Shown here: positions 8,195-16,881 of the stretch, one piece after another
Position numbering within the stretch: position 1 is the first letter of the stretch
Layout: each line of letters begins with the position of its first letter
Assembly (NCBI GenBank): GCA_046726355.1
Contig: JBKPAI010000124.1
Span: 24,468 to 88,467 of the forward strand
Source of the DNA: Acidobacteriota bacterium
Lineage (GTDB): Bacteria; Acidobacteriota; Vicinamibacteria; Vicinamibacterales; CAVVIG01
DNA length: 64,000 bases
Direction: 5' to 3'
Position numbers and translations under genes: made by a program
The notes under the pieces: model-generated
What the model was told of the DNA's origin: nothing
Seen by the model: the letters and a program-made list of their open reading frames with translations, nothing else
Databases searched by the model: none

Positions 8195-8910
8195 TGCGCT
8201 CCCTCCGCGACGTTCGCGAGCTCCAGCACTCGCGGCCGTTGTGACGGGTTCGGGGGCGGCGGCAGCGGTTCCGCGCTATACAAGGCACGCGTGTTCTGCA
8301 CCGCCGCGACAGCGAACGCGACGACCATGCCCGCCGCCGCGACAAGTCCGCCGATGTCGAACAACGTGGTGTGAGTTCCGAGAACGTGGACCGACGGGTT
8401 GCGGGTCGCGACGACCGCGCCAATGGCGAGGACGATGCGGAGCTCGGTGGGACCGAACCAGGCGAACGACAATCGAAAGATGCCGCGCGCATGCGTCGCA
8501 AGGAACCGCTCCGCGGCGAGCAGAAAGAAGGCGGCCGCCAGCGCGAAGGCGATCCAGGGCCGCATCAGGCCCGACGCGCCGATGCCGCCGATGAGTGCCG
8601 CAGTGCCGGCCAGATCAAGGACGTGGTCGACGTAGTAGCCGTACCGCGGGCGCTGCTGGTTGCGCACCCGGGCGACGGTCCCGTCCAGGCTGTCGCCGAA
8701 CCAGTTGAGGGCAAGCGCCGCGACGAACGCGGCGGCGCTCCACGGCGCCGCGGGAATGCAGGCAAAAAAGACGCCCGCCAGCAGCATGCCGATAATCCCG
8801 ATCAGCGTCAGATGATCCGAAGTGATTAAAGCCGGCAGCCGACGCGCCAGCGCCACGAGCAGTCGTTTTTCTGAAGCGGCCAATACGCTCCGATGATCAC
8901 GGGTATGCAT
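8191..8910 (-). CDS. CDP-alcohol phosphatidyltransferase family protein
   Basis: Motif DSLDGTVARVRNQQRPRYGYYVDHVLD, matching DG..AR...G...D...D, in a polytopic membrane protein. Confidence 0.85.
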   Translation of the reverse strand: MHTRDHRSVLAASEKRLLVALARRLPALITSDHLTLIGIIGMLLAGVFFACIPAAPWSAAAFVAALALNWFGDSLDGTVARVRNQQRPRYGYYVDHVLDLAGTAALIGGIGASGLMRPWIAFALAAAFFLLAAERFLATHARGIFRLSFAWFGPTELRIVLAIGAVVATRNPSVHVLGTHTTLFDIGGLVAAAGMVVAFAVAAVQNTRALYSAEPLPPPPNPSQRPRVLELANVAEGAH

Positions 8911-9201
8911 CCAGGTGCCTCCACCCGATAATGCGCGAACTGCGCGCGAACCGGCTCAGAACCGTTCGCAGGCCGCCACCGATCCGCCTGCCCATCCGGT
9001 GCACGGCCGCGCCGGCCACGTTGTGCACATTCCGGAATCTGGAAAATGGCACGCTGCGCGCGCCGACATTGAGCCCCGCCGGGGTGTGGCACACGAGTTC
9101 CAACATCTGTACGCGATCGTCGGTGATGGGGGTCGATTCGTCGCGAAGGCGCCTCGATTCCCTGACGCCGGGGCGTAAAATAAGCGGCACGGAGGCTCGT
9201 C

Positions 9202-9345
9202 ATGGCCCAAAAATGCGCGCATCCAGCGTGCAATTGCACGGTGGAAAAGGGCGGACCCTTCGGGAAATATTGCAGCGAGCACTGCAAGCAGGCCGGGACC
9301 AAGACCGAGCTGAGATGCGACTGCCAGCACCCGGCCTGCCGGTGA
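9202..9345 (+). CDS. bacterial metallothionein-like protein (SmtA/BmtA-like), 47 aa
   Basis: Absent from the ORF track because it is under 60 aa. ATG at 9202 lies 7 nt after GGAGG (9191-9195). Sequence: MAQKCAHPACNCTVEKGGPFGKYCSEHCKQAGTKTELRCDCQHPACR. It has 9 Cys and 3 His. KCA(H)xxCxC, GxYCSExC and CxCxHxxC parallel SmtA. GC3 is about 79% by hand count. Confidence 0.65.
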   Translation: MAQKCAHPACNCTVEKGGPFGKYCSEHCKQAGTKTELRCDCQHPACR

Positions 9346-9414
9346 GCTCGATGGGACGCCGGCGGCGGAGCGCAACATCAGTAGTCCTGCTGCTGCGTCA
9401 TGGTTGAGGCTCCC

Positions 9415-9429
9415 GTCCTCCGCGTCCGG
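9415..9429. repeat. copy of dispersed GGACGCGGAGGAC core (reverse orientation)
   Basis: gtcctccgcgtccgg is the reverse complement of ccGGACGCGGAGGAC. Confidence 0.6.
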
Positions 9430-9484
9430 TGTGATAGGTTGGCAGAGTCGGACTTCAGCCGACGATCTGCGGGAACGATCACCG

Positions 9485-10687
9485 ATGAAATGGCTGCTTT
9501 GGGCCTGCGCCGTAGCGCTCTGCGGCGCGACCGGCTTCGCCCAGCCGCGGATGTCGTTGGACTACCCGGCGATGGCGAAGCGCGTCGTGCAGCAGCTCGC
9601 GCTGCAACCCGGCGAGCGTGTCCTCTCGATTGCGCATCCCGGCACGTTTGCGCCGCTGGTGTCCTTTCTCCGTTACGAGGTGATGCGCGCCGGCGGCATC
9701 GACCTGGGCGCCGTTGAAGTGCTCGAAGAGCCGGTGCCCACTTTCTTCGAACCAGCCGTGCTGCTGAAGGGAGCGCGCGAGGCGCGCGAACACTACCGGA
9801 CGATGTTCCGCGACGTGGACGCGGCGATCATGCTGCCGGGCGCCAATACCTCGCATCCGGCGTACCTCGCCATGCAGGATTGGCTCAAGGACGATCTGCA
9901 GGAACGCCGCGGCCGCCGGACTATCCATTTCCACTGGGTCGAGGGCGGCAGCGCGTACCCGATTGCCGGCCAGCCGCTCCCGCCGCGGTTCGAGATGGAC
10001 GGCTTGTATCAGCGTGCCTTGCTCGAGACTGATTACCGGGCGCTCGCTGCGACCCAGCGCCGGTTCGCCGCGGCACTCACAGCCGGTGAGGTCCACATCA
10101 CGTCGCCGGCAGGAACCGACCTGCGCTTCCGTGCCGGCGATCGCCCGGTCAATGTTCAGGACGGCGACGCGTCGCGGGCACGCGCCGCGAACGGCGTGGT
10201 CCTGATCGACAAAGAGATCGAGCTTCCGCCTGGCGCCATCCGCGTCGCGCCGATTGAAGAAAGCGTCGAAGGCACGCTCGCCTTCCCGCCATCGCAGTGG
10301 GACGGCCGGCCCGTAGAGGGCCTGAAGCTCCGGTTCGTACGCGGGCGCGTCGTCGACATCGCCGCCGCGCGCGGCCGGGACGCCGTTGAAGCCGAAATGG
10401 ACAAGGCGGGGGATGCCGGCCGCTCCTTTCGCGAATTCGCCCTCGGCTTCAACCCGGTCCTCACCGTCCCCGACCGCTCTCCGTGGATTCCGTACTACGG
10501 CTACGGGTCGGGCGTCGTGCGGCTTTCACTCGGCGACAACAGCGAGCTTGGCGGAAAGGTCGTGTCATCAACTGCTGCCGGCCAGGCCCCATATGTCCGC
10601 TGGAATTTCTTCACCGACCTTACGGTGACGATCGGTGGGACGGAGTGGACGCGGGGTGGAAGATTGATCGGCATCACAGGGCGTTGA
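9485..10687 (+). CDS. secreted protein, probable M29 (aminopeptidase T/AmpS)-like fold
   Basis: Start at the ATG giving signal peptide MKWLLWACAVALCGATGFA. The central region ...HITSPAGTDLRFRAGDRP...PPGAIRVAPIEESVEGTLAF...GLKLRFVRGRVVDI...FREFALGFNP resembles the M29 pattern. Catalytic residues were not verified. Confidence 0.5.
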   Translation: MKWLLWACAVALCGATGFAQPRMSLDYPAMAKRVVQQLALQPGERVLSIAHPGTFAPLVSFLRYEVMRAGGIDLGAVEVLEEPVPTFFEPAVLLKGAREAREHYRTMFRDVDAAIMLPGANTSHPAYLAMQDWLKDDLQERRGRRTIHFHWVEGGSAYPIAGQPLPPRFEMDGLYQRALLETDYRALAATQRRFAAALTAGEVHITSPAGTDLRFRAGDRPVNVQDGDASRARAANGVVLIDKEIELPPGAIRVAPIEESVEGTLAFPPSQWDGRPVEGLKLRFVRGRVVDIAAARGRDAVEAEMDKAGDAGRSFREFALGFNPVLTVPDRSPWIPYYGYGSGVVRLSLGDNSELGGKVVSSTAAGQAPYVRWNFFTDLTVTIGGTEWTRGGRLIGITGR

Positions 10688-10698
10688 TCAACGATGCC

Positions 10699-10757
10699 GA
10701 TCACAAAGAGAATGTGACACCCGGGTTCGGCTTTGTGTCCTTTGGTTGGTTGATGGC
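10699..10757. repeat. hairpin element, CACAAAG subfamily
   Basis: gatCACAAAGagaatgtgacac ... ggCTTTGTGtCCTTTGGttgg. Confidence 0.55.
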
Positions 10758-10771
10758 CGAATAACCGTGAT

Positions 10772-11077
10772 ATGCCTGACGATAAACCGCTGAAATCGGC
10801 GCTCGAGCTGGCAATGGAGCGCCTCAAGAAGAAGGACGAAGCGGCAGGCGTCGAGAGCAAGCCGCTCACCGACGCCCAGAAGACAGCGATCGCCGAAGCG
10901 CGGAATCTGTGCGAATCGAAGATCGCCGAACGGGAAGTGCTGCACCAGTCGAAGATGCGCCGCGTCTTCGACCCCGCCGAGCGCGAAACGCTCGAACACG
11001 AATACCGGCGCGACCGGGAGCGGTTCATCTCGGATCGCGATGCCAAGATTGAACGGATCCGCCGCGGCGGCGGGTAG
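10772..11077 (+). CDS. hypothetical coiled-coil protein
   Basis: 101 aa, charged and helical (MPDDKPLKSALELAMERLKKKDE...). High GC3 by hand count. Confidence 0.6.
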   Translation: MPDDKPLKSALELAMERLKKKDEAAGVESKPLTDAQKTAIAEARNLCESKIAEREVLHQSKMRRVFDPAERETLEHEYRRDRERFISDRDAKIERIRRGGG

Positions 11078-11132
11078 CAGCGTGGGTGACAGTTTTCACC
11101 GCGGAGGACACGAGCCTCCGTGGTAGACGTGG

Positions 11133-11939
11133 GTGAGGAGTGCGGTGATCCGGCCGTTCCTGATCGGCGCGCTGGCGTTGTTGATCGCTGCTGCGGCGCC
11201 GGCTCAGCGTCGATTCGAAGACTTCGGCTACGGCCGGGTGCCGGCAATTCACAACATCCCGTACGACGGCCGCTTCACGTTTGTCCGCATTCAGTATGAG
11301 ACGGCGCCTGGCGGCTATTGGGCGGGCGGCCGGCCCTCGTGGGTCCACGGCTATCCGATTGCCGAAGAAAACCTGATGCGGATCATGAACGAGATCAGTT
11401 ACCTCGGGCCGCATACAGACGAAGTGAACGTGCTGACGCTCGACGATCCCGAACTGTTCAAATATCCCGTTGCCTACATCATTGAAGTCGGCTGGTGGAC
11501 GCTATCCGACCGTGAAGCCGCCGCGTTGCGCACCTATATCCAGAAGGGCGGCTTCGTCATCGTCGACGATTTCAAGATGCTCGGCTGGCGCGGCAACGAT
11601 ACCGGCGGATGGGAGCCGTTCGAAGCGAACATGAAGCGCGTGCTCCCCGGCGTGCGGTTCTTCGAGATCGACCCGGCGCATCCTGTCTTCCACTCATTCT
11701 TTGAGATCGACAACCGCATCCTCGACGACTTTCCGCAGGCCTACAACAGCGGGCGCCCCATTTTTCGCGCCGTGTACGAGGACAACGATCCCCGCAAGCG
11801 TCTGGTGATGATCGTGAACTACAACACGGACATCTCGCAGTACTGGGAGTGGTCGGGTCGGGGTCTGCGGCCGGTGGACGATACGAATGAGGCTTACAAG
11901 CTGGGCGTGAATTATCTGATGTACGGTCTGACACACTAA
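11133..11939 (+). CDS. DUF4159-like protein
   Basis: Signal or TM N-terminus, then ...FTFVRIQYE...YPIAEENLMRIMNEISYL...DPELFKYPVAYIIEVGWWTLSDREAAALRTYIQKGGFVIVDDF..., as I recall for DUF4159. Confidence 0.65.
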   Translation: MRSAVIRPFLIGALALLIAAAAPAQRRFEDFGYGRVPAIHNIPYDGRFTFVRIQYETAPGGYWAGGRPSWVHGYPIAEENLMRIMNEISYLGPHTDEVNVLTLDDPELFKYPVAYIIEVGWWTLSDREAAALRTYIQKGGFVIVDDFKMLGWRGNDTGGWEPFEANMKRVLPGVRFFEIDPAHPVFHSFFEIDNRILDDFPQAYNSGRPIFRAVYEDNDPRKRLVMIVNYNTDISQYWEWSGRGLRPVDDTNEAYKLGVNYLMYGLTH

Positions 11940-12011
11940 CAAGTCTCAAGTCTCAAGTCTCAGGTTCAATCTTTGAGGTGTTGAGAGTTGACCGTTGAGA
12001 CTTGAGAGTTG
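11940..12011. repeat. heptamer-periodic imperfect palindrome (CAAGTCT units)
   Basis: caagtct x3 (11940-11960) faces gttgagacttgagagttg. It sits between convergent genes. The right arm overlaps the last ~15 codons of 11966-14998. Confidence 0.75.
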
Positions 12012-14998
12012 TCCAGCCGCAATCCGTGCGGCAACGGTTCTCCGAACACACGATTGGCGTCGGCGCTCGAGGAGGGGACGATGGTGTCGAGCGGCTGGAG
12101 AGCCTCATCTGAGATGTCCGCCTCACGCAGGCGCTGGCGGATGTGAGCCAGGACGTCGGCGTCGAGATCCCGCAGCGGATCACCCGTACGAGCGCTGATT
12201 TGTACAATCGCGGCGGCGAGGTCGGGGGTCGTCAGCCTGATCGAGCTGAGCGCTTCGATCCACCGCGCCGCGTCCGACGCCGGCACCACGCTGCTGAGCG
12301 GTCCGTAAAGCGGCGCCCGGGCGCCGAGCCGTCCAATGGCCCAGAGCAGCCCGCCGCTGCGCACGTCGCGGCGTACACGGACGATGAGCTCGTCACCGAT
12401 CTTCACGCGCGTCGCCGCGTCGAGCCGTTCCAGGCTGGCCAGGAGCCGCCAGCTTTCCCGTTCGATCTGTGGATTGAGGCGGGCGGCCTTCCTCCCCAGG
12501 AGTCCCAGCTCCCCCATCACGCGCTGTGCCAGCTCGCGCTGCTGGCTGGCCGAAAACCCGCCGCCGACGCGCTGCCAGAGCACCAGCCACTCGACGCGAT
12601 TCTGAATGGCATTGGCGAACGCGAGGCCGGCGGCGTAAACCGTCCGCGCTTCGCCAATGCGCCACGGGTCCTTGGCCGCGCCGAACCCGGGGCGGAAACA
12701 GAACCCGAACAGATTCAGCCAGCGCGCTTCGAGCGACGGCGAGCCGCGCCGTCCGGCGGCGACGGCAATGAGGACGTCGGCAAAGCGGCGAATCACAGGC
12801 AGCGGCCACGCCACCTTACCGTATCCGACAGTCTGCTCCAGATGTGCGACCAGGTTTTCTGTTGTCACCTCGCCGCCGACGCTCTCGAAGACGGATCGAA
12901 TGGCCCGCTCGCCCGCCGCGACGGCGTCATCGGATACGATGACATCCGCGCGCTCGAGATCGTCGTCCGCCTCGACGCTCGCGGCGCCGGCGCTTCCGCG
13001 ATCTGCAGCCACCGGCGGTGCGCCGACCAACCCAAATCGCGCGGGCCCCGCTTCGGCCGCCGACTCCTCGGCCTCCCGGCCGCGCAGTTCGAACTGCAAC
13101 CGCCATCGGTGCTCAGTGCTCTGCGACTCGCACCACAGCTCCAGCGTGCCAAGCTCAGTGAACGCGATCATCAGCCGGACGGGCAGCTCCACCTGCCGCG
13201 ACCTGCGTCCGTATCGCAGCACGGTTACGAGCGGCGCATGTTCGCGAACGTTGTCTCCAGGCACCAGCGACACGAGGTCGCCGGCGCGGTCGGAGCGCAG
13301 GATGCTGCTGTACAGGGAAAATGAAACGGGCCGGTTGGTCATGACGGTGAAAGGGTGCTCGAGGCGCGTCTGGGTACCTTCGTCCGTCCCGCGCGCGAGC
13401 ACGCACACCGCAGGCGTCGCTTCATTCGCGGCGGCCGCGCGAAGCCCGATAAAGTACGCGCGCCCGCTGCCGGCCTTGACAAGTGACATTGACGGGCCAA
13501 TGCCCGCGCGCAGCCGCGCATAGGTCGCCGCGCCGACGGCGACGGCAGCTTCCAGGTTCCCCGCCGCCAGCACGGCGGGGGCTTCGCCGAACCACGCGGT
13601 CAGGGCCTGCACGACCCGCGCGCGCGCAGTCACGGGTGTGAAGAACCCGCCATTGAACAGCACAAGGTCCGGGCGAGCCATTGCCGGAGGTCCAGTGCTC
13701 AAGCGACCCGGCTCACCGCCTGGCGAGTTGTTGACCGACGGCTCGAGCGCGGCTGCCGATCGCATGAGAAACGAGGCAAGATGGCGGGTGATCGCGGGTT
13801 CACTCTCGTAGGGCAACCCGAGCTCGCGCAGCCCTGATCGCCGATCGCGCGCGGCGGCGACCTCGCCGCGCGCCGTCACAGGCAGGAACTCATCGACCGT
13901 CCGCTGCACGTCATCGCGGGTCAGATCGACTGTCTGGGCCGCGCCGATCACCGAACGGCCCGCGCCGAGCACGGTCAGGGCGACCCTGTCCGGCGGGGCG
14001 TCACCGAGCATGCGCTCTTTCGCGGCGCTGCACAGGCGCCGCAGCGAGGATCGCTGCGTGATCGCAAGGCGCACATCCGGACGCGATTCGGCCAGCCGCC
14101 GCTCGATCAGAGTGGCCAGTGCCAGATCGACGTTGTCGCCGCCCAGGAGCAGGTGATCGCCGACGGCAATCCGCTCGAATCCCGGTACGCCCGCTCCGAC
14201 GCGGACACGAATAAGGCTGAAGTCGGTCGTGCCCCCGCCGACATCGCAGACCAGGGCGACCAGATCGCAGCCGTCGCTGAACGCTGCACCGGTGGCATCC
14301 GCCCCAGCCCCACCTGCCCTGGCTTCCGCGACCCACGCATAGAATGCAGCGATTGGCTCTTCGAGCAGCGTGAGACTGCCGAACCCCGCCTGCCGCGCCG
14401 CTTCCACGGTCAGCTCGCGTGCTTCTTCGTCGAACGAGGCCGGCACTGTCAGCACGATCCGCTGCCGCTCGAGGCACAGCTCGGCGCGCGAGCCGGCAAC
14501 CGTCGCGTTCCATGCGTCACGAATGTGGATCAGATAACGCGCCGACGCCTCGACCGGTGATATTCGCGGGCCTGAGTCCACTCCCCAGGGCAGAATGGCC
14601 GCGCGACGATCGACGCCGGGGTGCGCGAGCCATGATTTTGCCGAGGCCACCTGCCGCGACGGCACCGCCGCACCGCGCTCCCGCGCGAACACGCCCACGA
14701 TCGTGTCCGGCGTCTGGTTCCATGGCAGCGCCAGCGTGCCGCTCTCGAGTTCATGAGGCTCGCTGAAATAGAGGAATGACGGGAGCACCGGGCGCGCCTC
14801 GACCACCGACGGCCCGGTCAGCTGCGGGACTGCAAACAACTGAACCCGTCCGCCGCGCCGGCGTGCGTCGACGAAGGCCACTGCGGAATTCGTCGTGCCC
14901 AGGTCGATGCCGATGAGGAAGGGAGAATGTGAATCAGCGAACCTGACGGCGTCAGCGCCCGAGGATCGGCGGACAGGGCTGGCTGGCGCAGTGCTCAT
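11966..14998 (-). CDS. long Hsp70-family paralog (NBD + non-canonical beta domain + ~370-aa helical extension)
   Basis: FLIGIDLGTTNSAVAFV, VCDVGGGTTDFSLI and GDHLLLGGDNVDLA are actin-like ATPase phosphate/adenosine motifs. The beta domain ends ...ELGTLELWCESQSTEHRWRLQFEL, paralogous to the C-terminus of 15013-16881. Confidence 0.85.
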   Translation of the reverse strand: MSTAPASPVRRSSGADAVRFADSHSPFLIGIDLGTTNSAVAFVDARRRGGRVQLFAVPQLTGPSVVEARPVLPSFLYFSEPHELESGTLALPWNQTPDTIVGVFARERGAAVPSRQVASAKSWLAHPGVDRRAAILPWGVDSGPRISPVEASARYLIHIRDAWNATVAGSRAELCLERQRIVLTVPASFDEEARELTVEAARQAGFGSLTLLEEPIAAFYAWVAEARAGGAGADATGAAFSDGCDLVALVCDVGGGTTDFSLIRVRVGAGVPGFERIAVGDHLLLGGDNVDLALATLIERRLAESRPDVRLAITQRSSLRRLCSAAKERMLGDAPPDRVALTVLGAGRSVIGAAQTVDLTRDDVQRTVDEFLPVTARGEVAAARDRRSGLRELGLPYESEPAITRHLASFLMRSAAALEPSVNNSPGGEPGRLSTGPPAMARPDLVLFNGGFFTPVTARARVVQALTAWFGEAPAVLAAGNLEAAVAVGAATYARLRAGIGPSMSLVKAGSGRAYFIGLRAAAANEATPAVCVLARGTDEGTQTRLEHPFTVMTNRPVSFSLYSSILRSDRAGDLVSLVPGDNVREHAPLVTVLRYGRRSRQVELPVRLMIAFTELGTLELWCESQSTEHRWRLQFELRGREAEESAAEAGPARFGLVGAPPVAADRGSAGAASVEADDDLERADVIVSDDAVAAGERAIRSVFESVGGEVTTENLVAHLEQTVGYGKVAWPLPVIRRFADVLIAVAAGRRGSPSLEARWLNLFGFCFRPGFGAAKDPWRIGEARTVYAAGLAFANAIQNRVEWLVLWQRVGGGFSASQQRELAQRVMGELGLLGRKAARLNPQIERESWRLLASLERLDAATRVKIGDELIVRVRRDVRSGGLLWAIGRLGARAPLYGPLSSVVPASDAARWIEALSSIRLTTPDLAAAIVQISARTGDPLRDLDADVLAHIRQRLREADISDEALQPLDTIVPSSSADANRVFGEPLPHGLRLDNSQVSTVNSQHLKD

Positions 14999-15012
14999 AC
15001 TCAGACATGCCC

Positions 15013-16881
15013 TCAGATCTTCTCTTCGGATTCACGGATATTCAGTTCCAGTTTCCAGCGCTGCTCCCCGTCCCGCTCCTTGCACCACAACTCGAGCGTC
15101 CCGATCTCAGTCACTCGGCTTTCGAGCGTCACCGGCACCAGGTCCCCCTCCGGCGTCCCGCCTGCGGCGAGCGTGACCTCGAGCGGGCTCAGCTCCTGAA
15201 GATCCTCTCCCCAGTCGTCAATCATCGCGCCAGGCGGGTCGTTTTTGCGGGTGGTCGATGACAGGAAGCGGAACTCGGCCGGCTCGCCGACGGCAAGGCC
15301 GAATTCCCGGTCCGCAATCGCGGCGCTGCTCCCCTCTTCCATGCCGAACGGGACCACGCAAAGGGCCTTCAGCGGCGCCGCGAATCCGGGCACCGAGGGC
15401 AGTGCGCTCTCGATGCCGATGTAATAGCTGCGTGAAGCGCCGCTGCGAATCCGGACGCCGCGGCTCGTCGCACGCACGCGCCCGTAGTACGCAGCTCCAC
15501 GAGCGACCGCGTGATCGAGATCCGGCGCATCGAGCACGTGCGCCGCGTCGAGAGGCTGAAATCCTTCCTGAACGAGCCAACGATTGAGGACCTCGACAAT
15601 CCGCCCGCGCAGCGCACCCGCTTTCATCACTCCCCCGTTGAAGAGGACGTGCGTCGGACATGCCAGCCCGCCGGGTCCGCGGCGGATCGCGGGCGCGGAC
15701 GGGCCGCCGGACGCCTGCTGGCGGAGAAAGCGCGCGAGGTGCCGCGTCACCGCCGGATCCGCCGCATACGGCAGGCCGAGCTCCTGCAGGCCGCCGGCGC
15801 GCCGCCGGGCCGGCATCTCGCCGGCGCCGGCCATCGGAAAAAACCCGTCCAGCAGCGCCTGGTCCAGATCTTCCCTCCGCAACATCGATCGAATCGTGCC
15901 GCCGATCAGCCGTGTGCCTTTCCCAAGCACGGTGATTGGATGGTCGGCGCGGTCCGGCTCGGCAAACAGCGTTTCCTTCGCGACACGGCATTGGTACCAG
16001 AGCGCCTGGAGCTGCCAGCTGTCGATGCGGTGACCTTCCGCCTCGAGCCGCTGCTGAATCAGGCGGGCCAGCGCGAGATCCATGTTGTCGCCGCCGAGGA
16101 GGATGTGATCGCCGATGGCGACGCGCTCGAGGACCAGATCGCCGTCGTGCTCACCGGCAAGAATCAGGCTGAAGTCGGTTGTGCCGCCGCCGACGTCGCA
16201 CACCAGCACGAGGTCGCCGACGCGGAGCCGCCCCCGCCAGGCGTCGCCGGCGCTGTCGATCCAGGCGTAGCACGCGGCCTGCGGCTCCTCCAGCAGCGTG
16301 ACCGACGTGAGCCCCGCGTCTTCAGCGGCACGCAGCGTGAGCGCGCGCGCCTCTTCGTCGAATGATGCCGGTACGGTGAGAAACACCTGCTGGCGATCGA
16401 ACGCGAGCGCCGGATCGTCCGCGGCCACCTGCGCGTCCCATGTGTGGCGGAGATGCCGCAGGTACTCTGACGACGCGGCCACCGGCGAGAGCTTCGGCAC
16501 CGTGTCGGGCGCGCCCCACGGCAGGATGGCGCCGGTGCGGCTCGCGCCCGCGTGGGACAACCACGACTTCGCCGACGACACGAGTCGCATCGGGCTCTCC
16601 GCGCCGCGCTTCCTCGCCAGCTCGCCTACGATGTGCGGCGGCGAGGCTTCGCCGGTCCAGGGCAGGCGCAGGCTGCCCGCCGGGAAATCGAATTCGCCGA
16701 CGACGTACAAAAAAGAAGGGAGCAGCGTACGCGCGGCGACTTCTCCCGGTTCCACGAGCTGCGGGATGCCGAGGAGCTCGATCGATCCCGGCGCCTCAGC
16801 CGCCCGGATATCGGCGTAAGCGAGAGCGGAATTGGTCGTGCCGAGATCGATCCCGATGCTGAAGCGCGGCGCATCCGCCAC
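15013..16881 (-). CDS. Hsp70-family protein (622 aa)
   Basis: FSIGIDLGTTNSALAYA, VCDVGGGTTDFSLI, GDHILLGGDNMDLA. C-terminus is ...EIGTLELWCKERDGEQRWKLELN. GTG start overlaps the upstream TAG by 1 nt. Confidence 0.9.
   Translation of the reverse strand: MADAPRFSIGIDLGTTNSALAYADIRAAEAPGSIELLGIPQLVEPGEVAARTLLPSFLYVVGEFDFPAGSLRLPWTGEASPPHIVGELARKRGAESPMRLVSSAKSWLSHAGASRTGAILPWGAPDTVPKLSPVAASSEYLRHLRHTWDAQVAADDPALAFDRQQVFLTVPASFDEEARALTLRAAEDAGLTSVTLLEEPQAACYAWIDSAGDAWRGRLRVGDLVLVCDVGGGTTDFSLILAGEHDGDLVLERVAIGDHILLGGDNMDLALARLIQQRLEAEGHRIDSWQLQALWYQCRVAKETLFAEPDRADHPITVLGKGTRLIGGTIRSMLRREDLDQALLDGFFPMAGAGEMPARRRAGGLQELGLPYAADPAVTRHLARFLRQQASGGPSAPAIRRGPGGLACPTHVLFNGGVMKAGALRGRIVEVLNRWLVQEGFQPLDAAHVLDAPDLDHAVARGAAYYGRVRATSRGVRIRSGASRSYYIGIESALPSVPGFAAPLKALCVVPFGMEEGSSAAIADREFGLAVGEPAEFRFLSSTTRKNDPPGAMIDDWGEDLQELSPLEVTLAAGGTPEGDLVPVTLESRVTEIGTLELWCKERDGEQRWKLELNIRESEEKI

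Noticed and set aside
9047-9061. TGGCACGCTGCGCGC as a sigma-54 promoter for the metallothionein-like ORF.
   Set aside because: The -24 half is good, but the -12 half lacks TTGC and only a GC dinucleotide remains, which is trivial at this GC content. It also lies 155 nt from the ATG.
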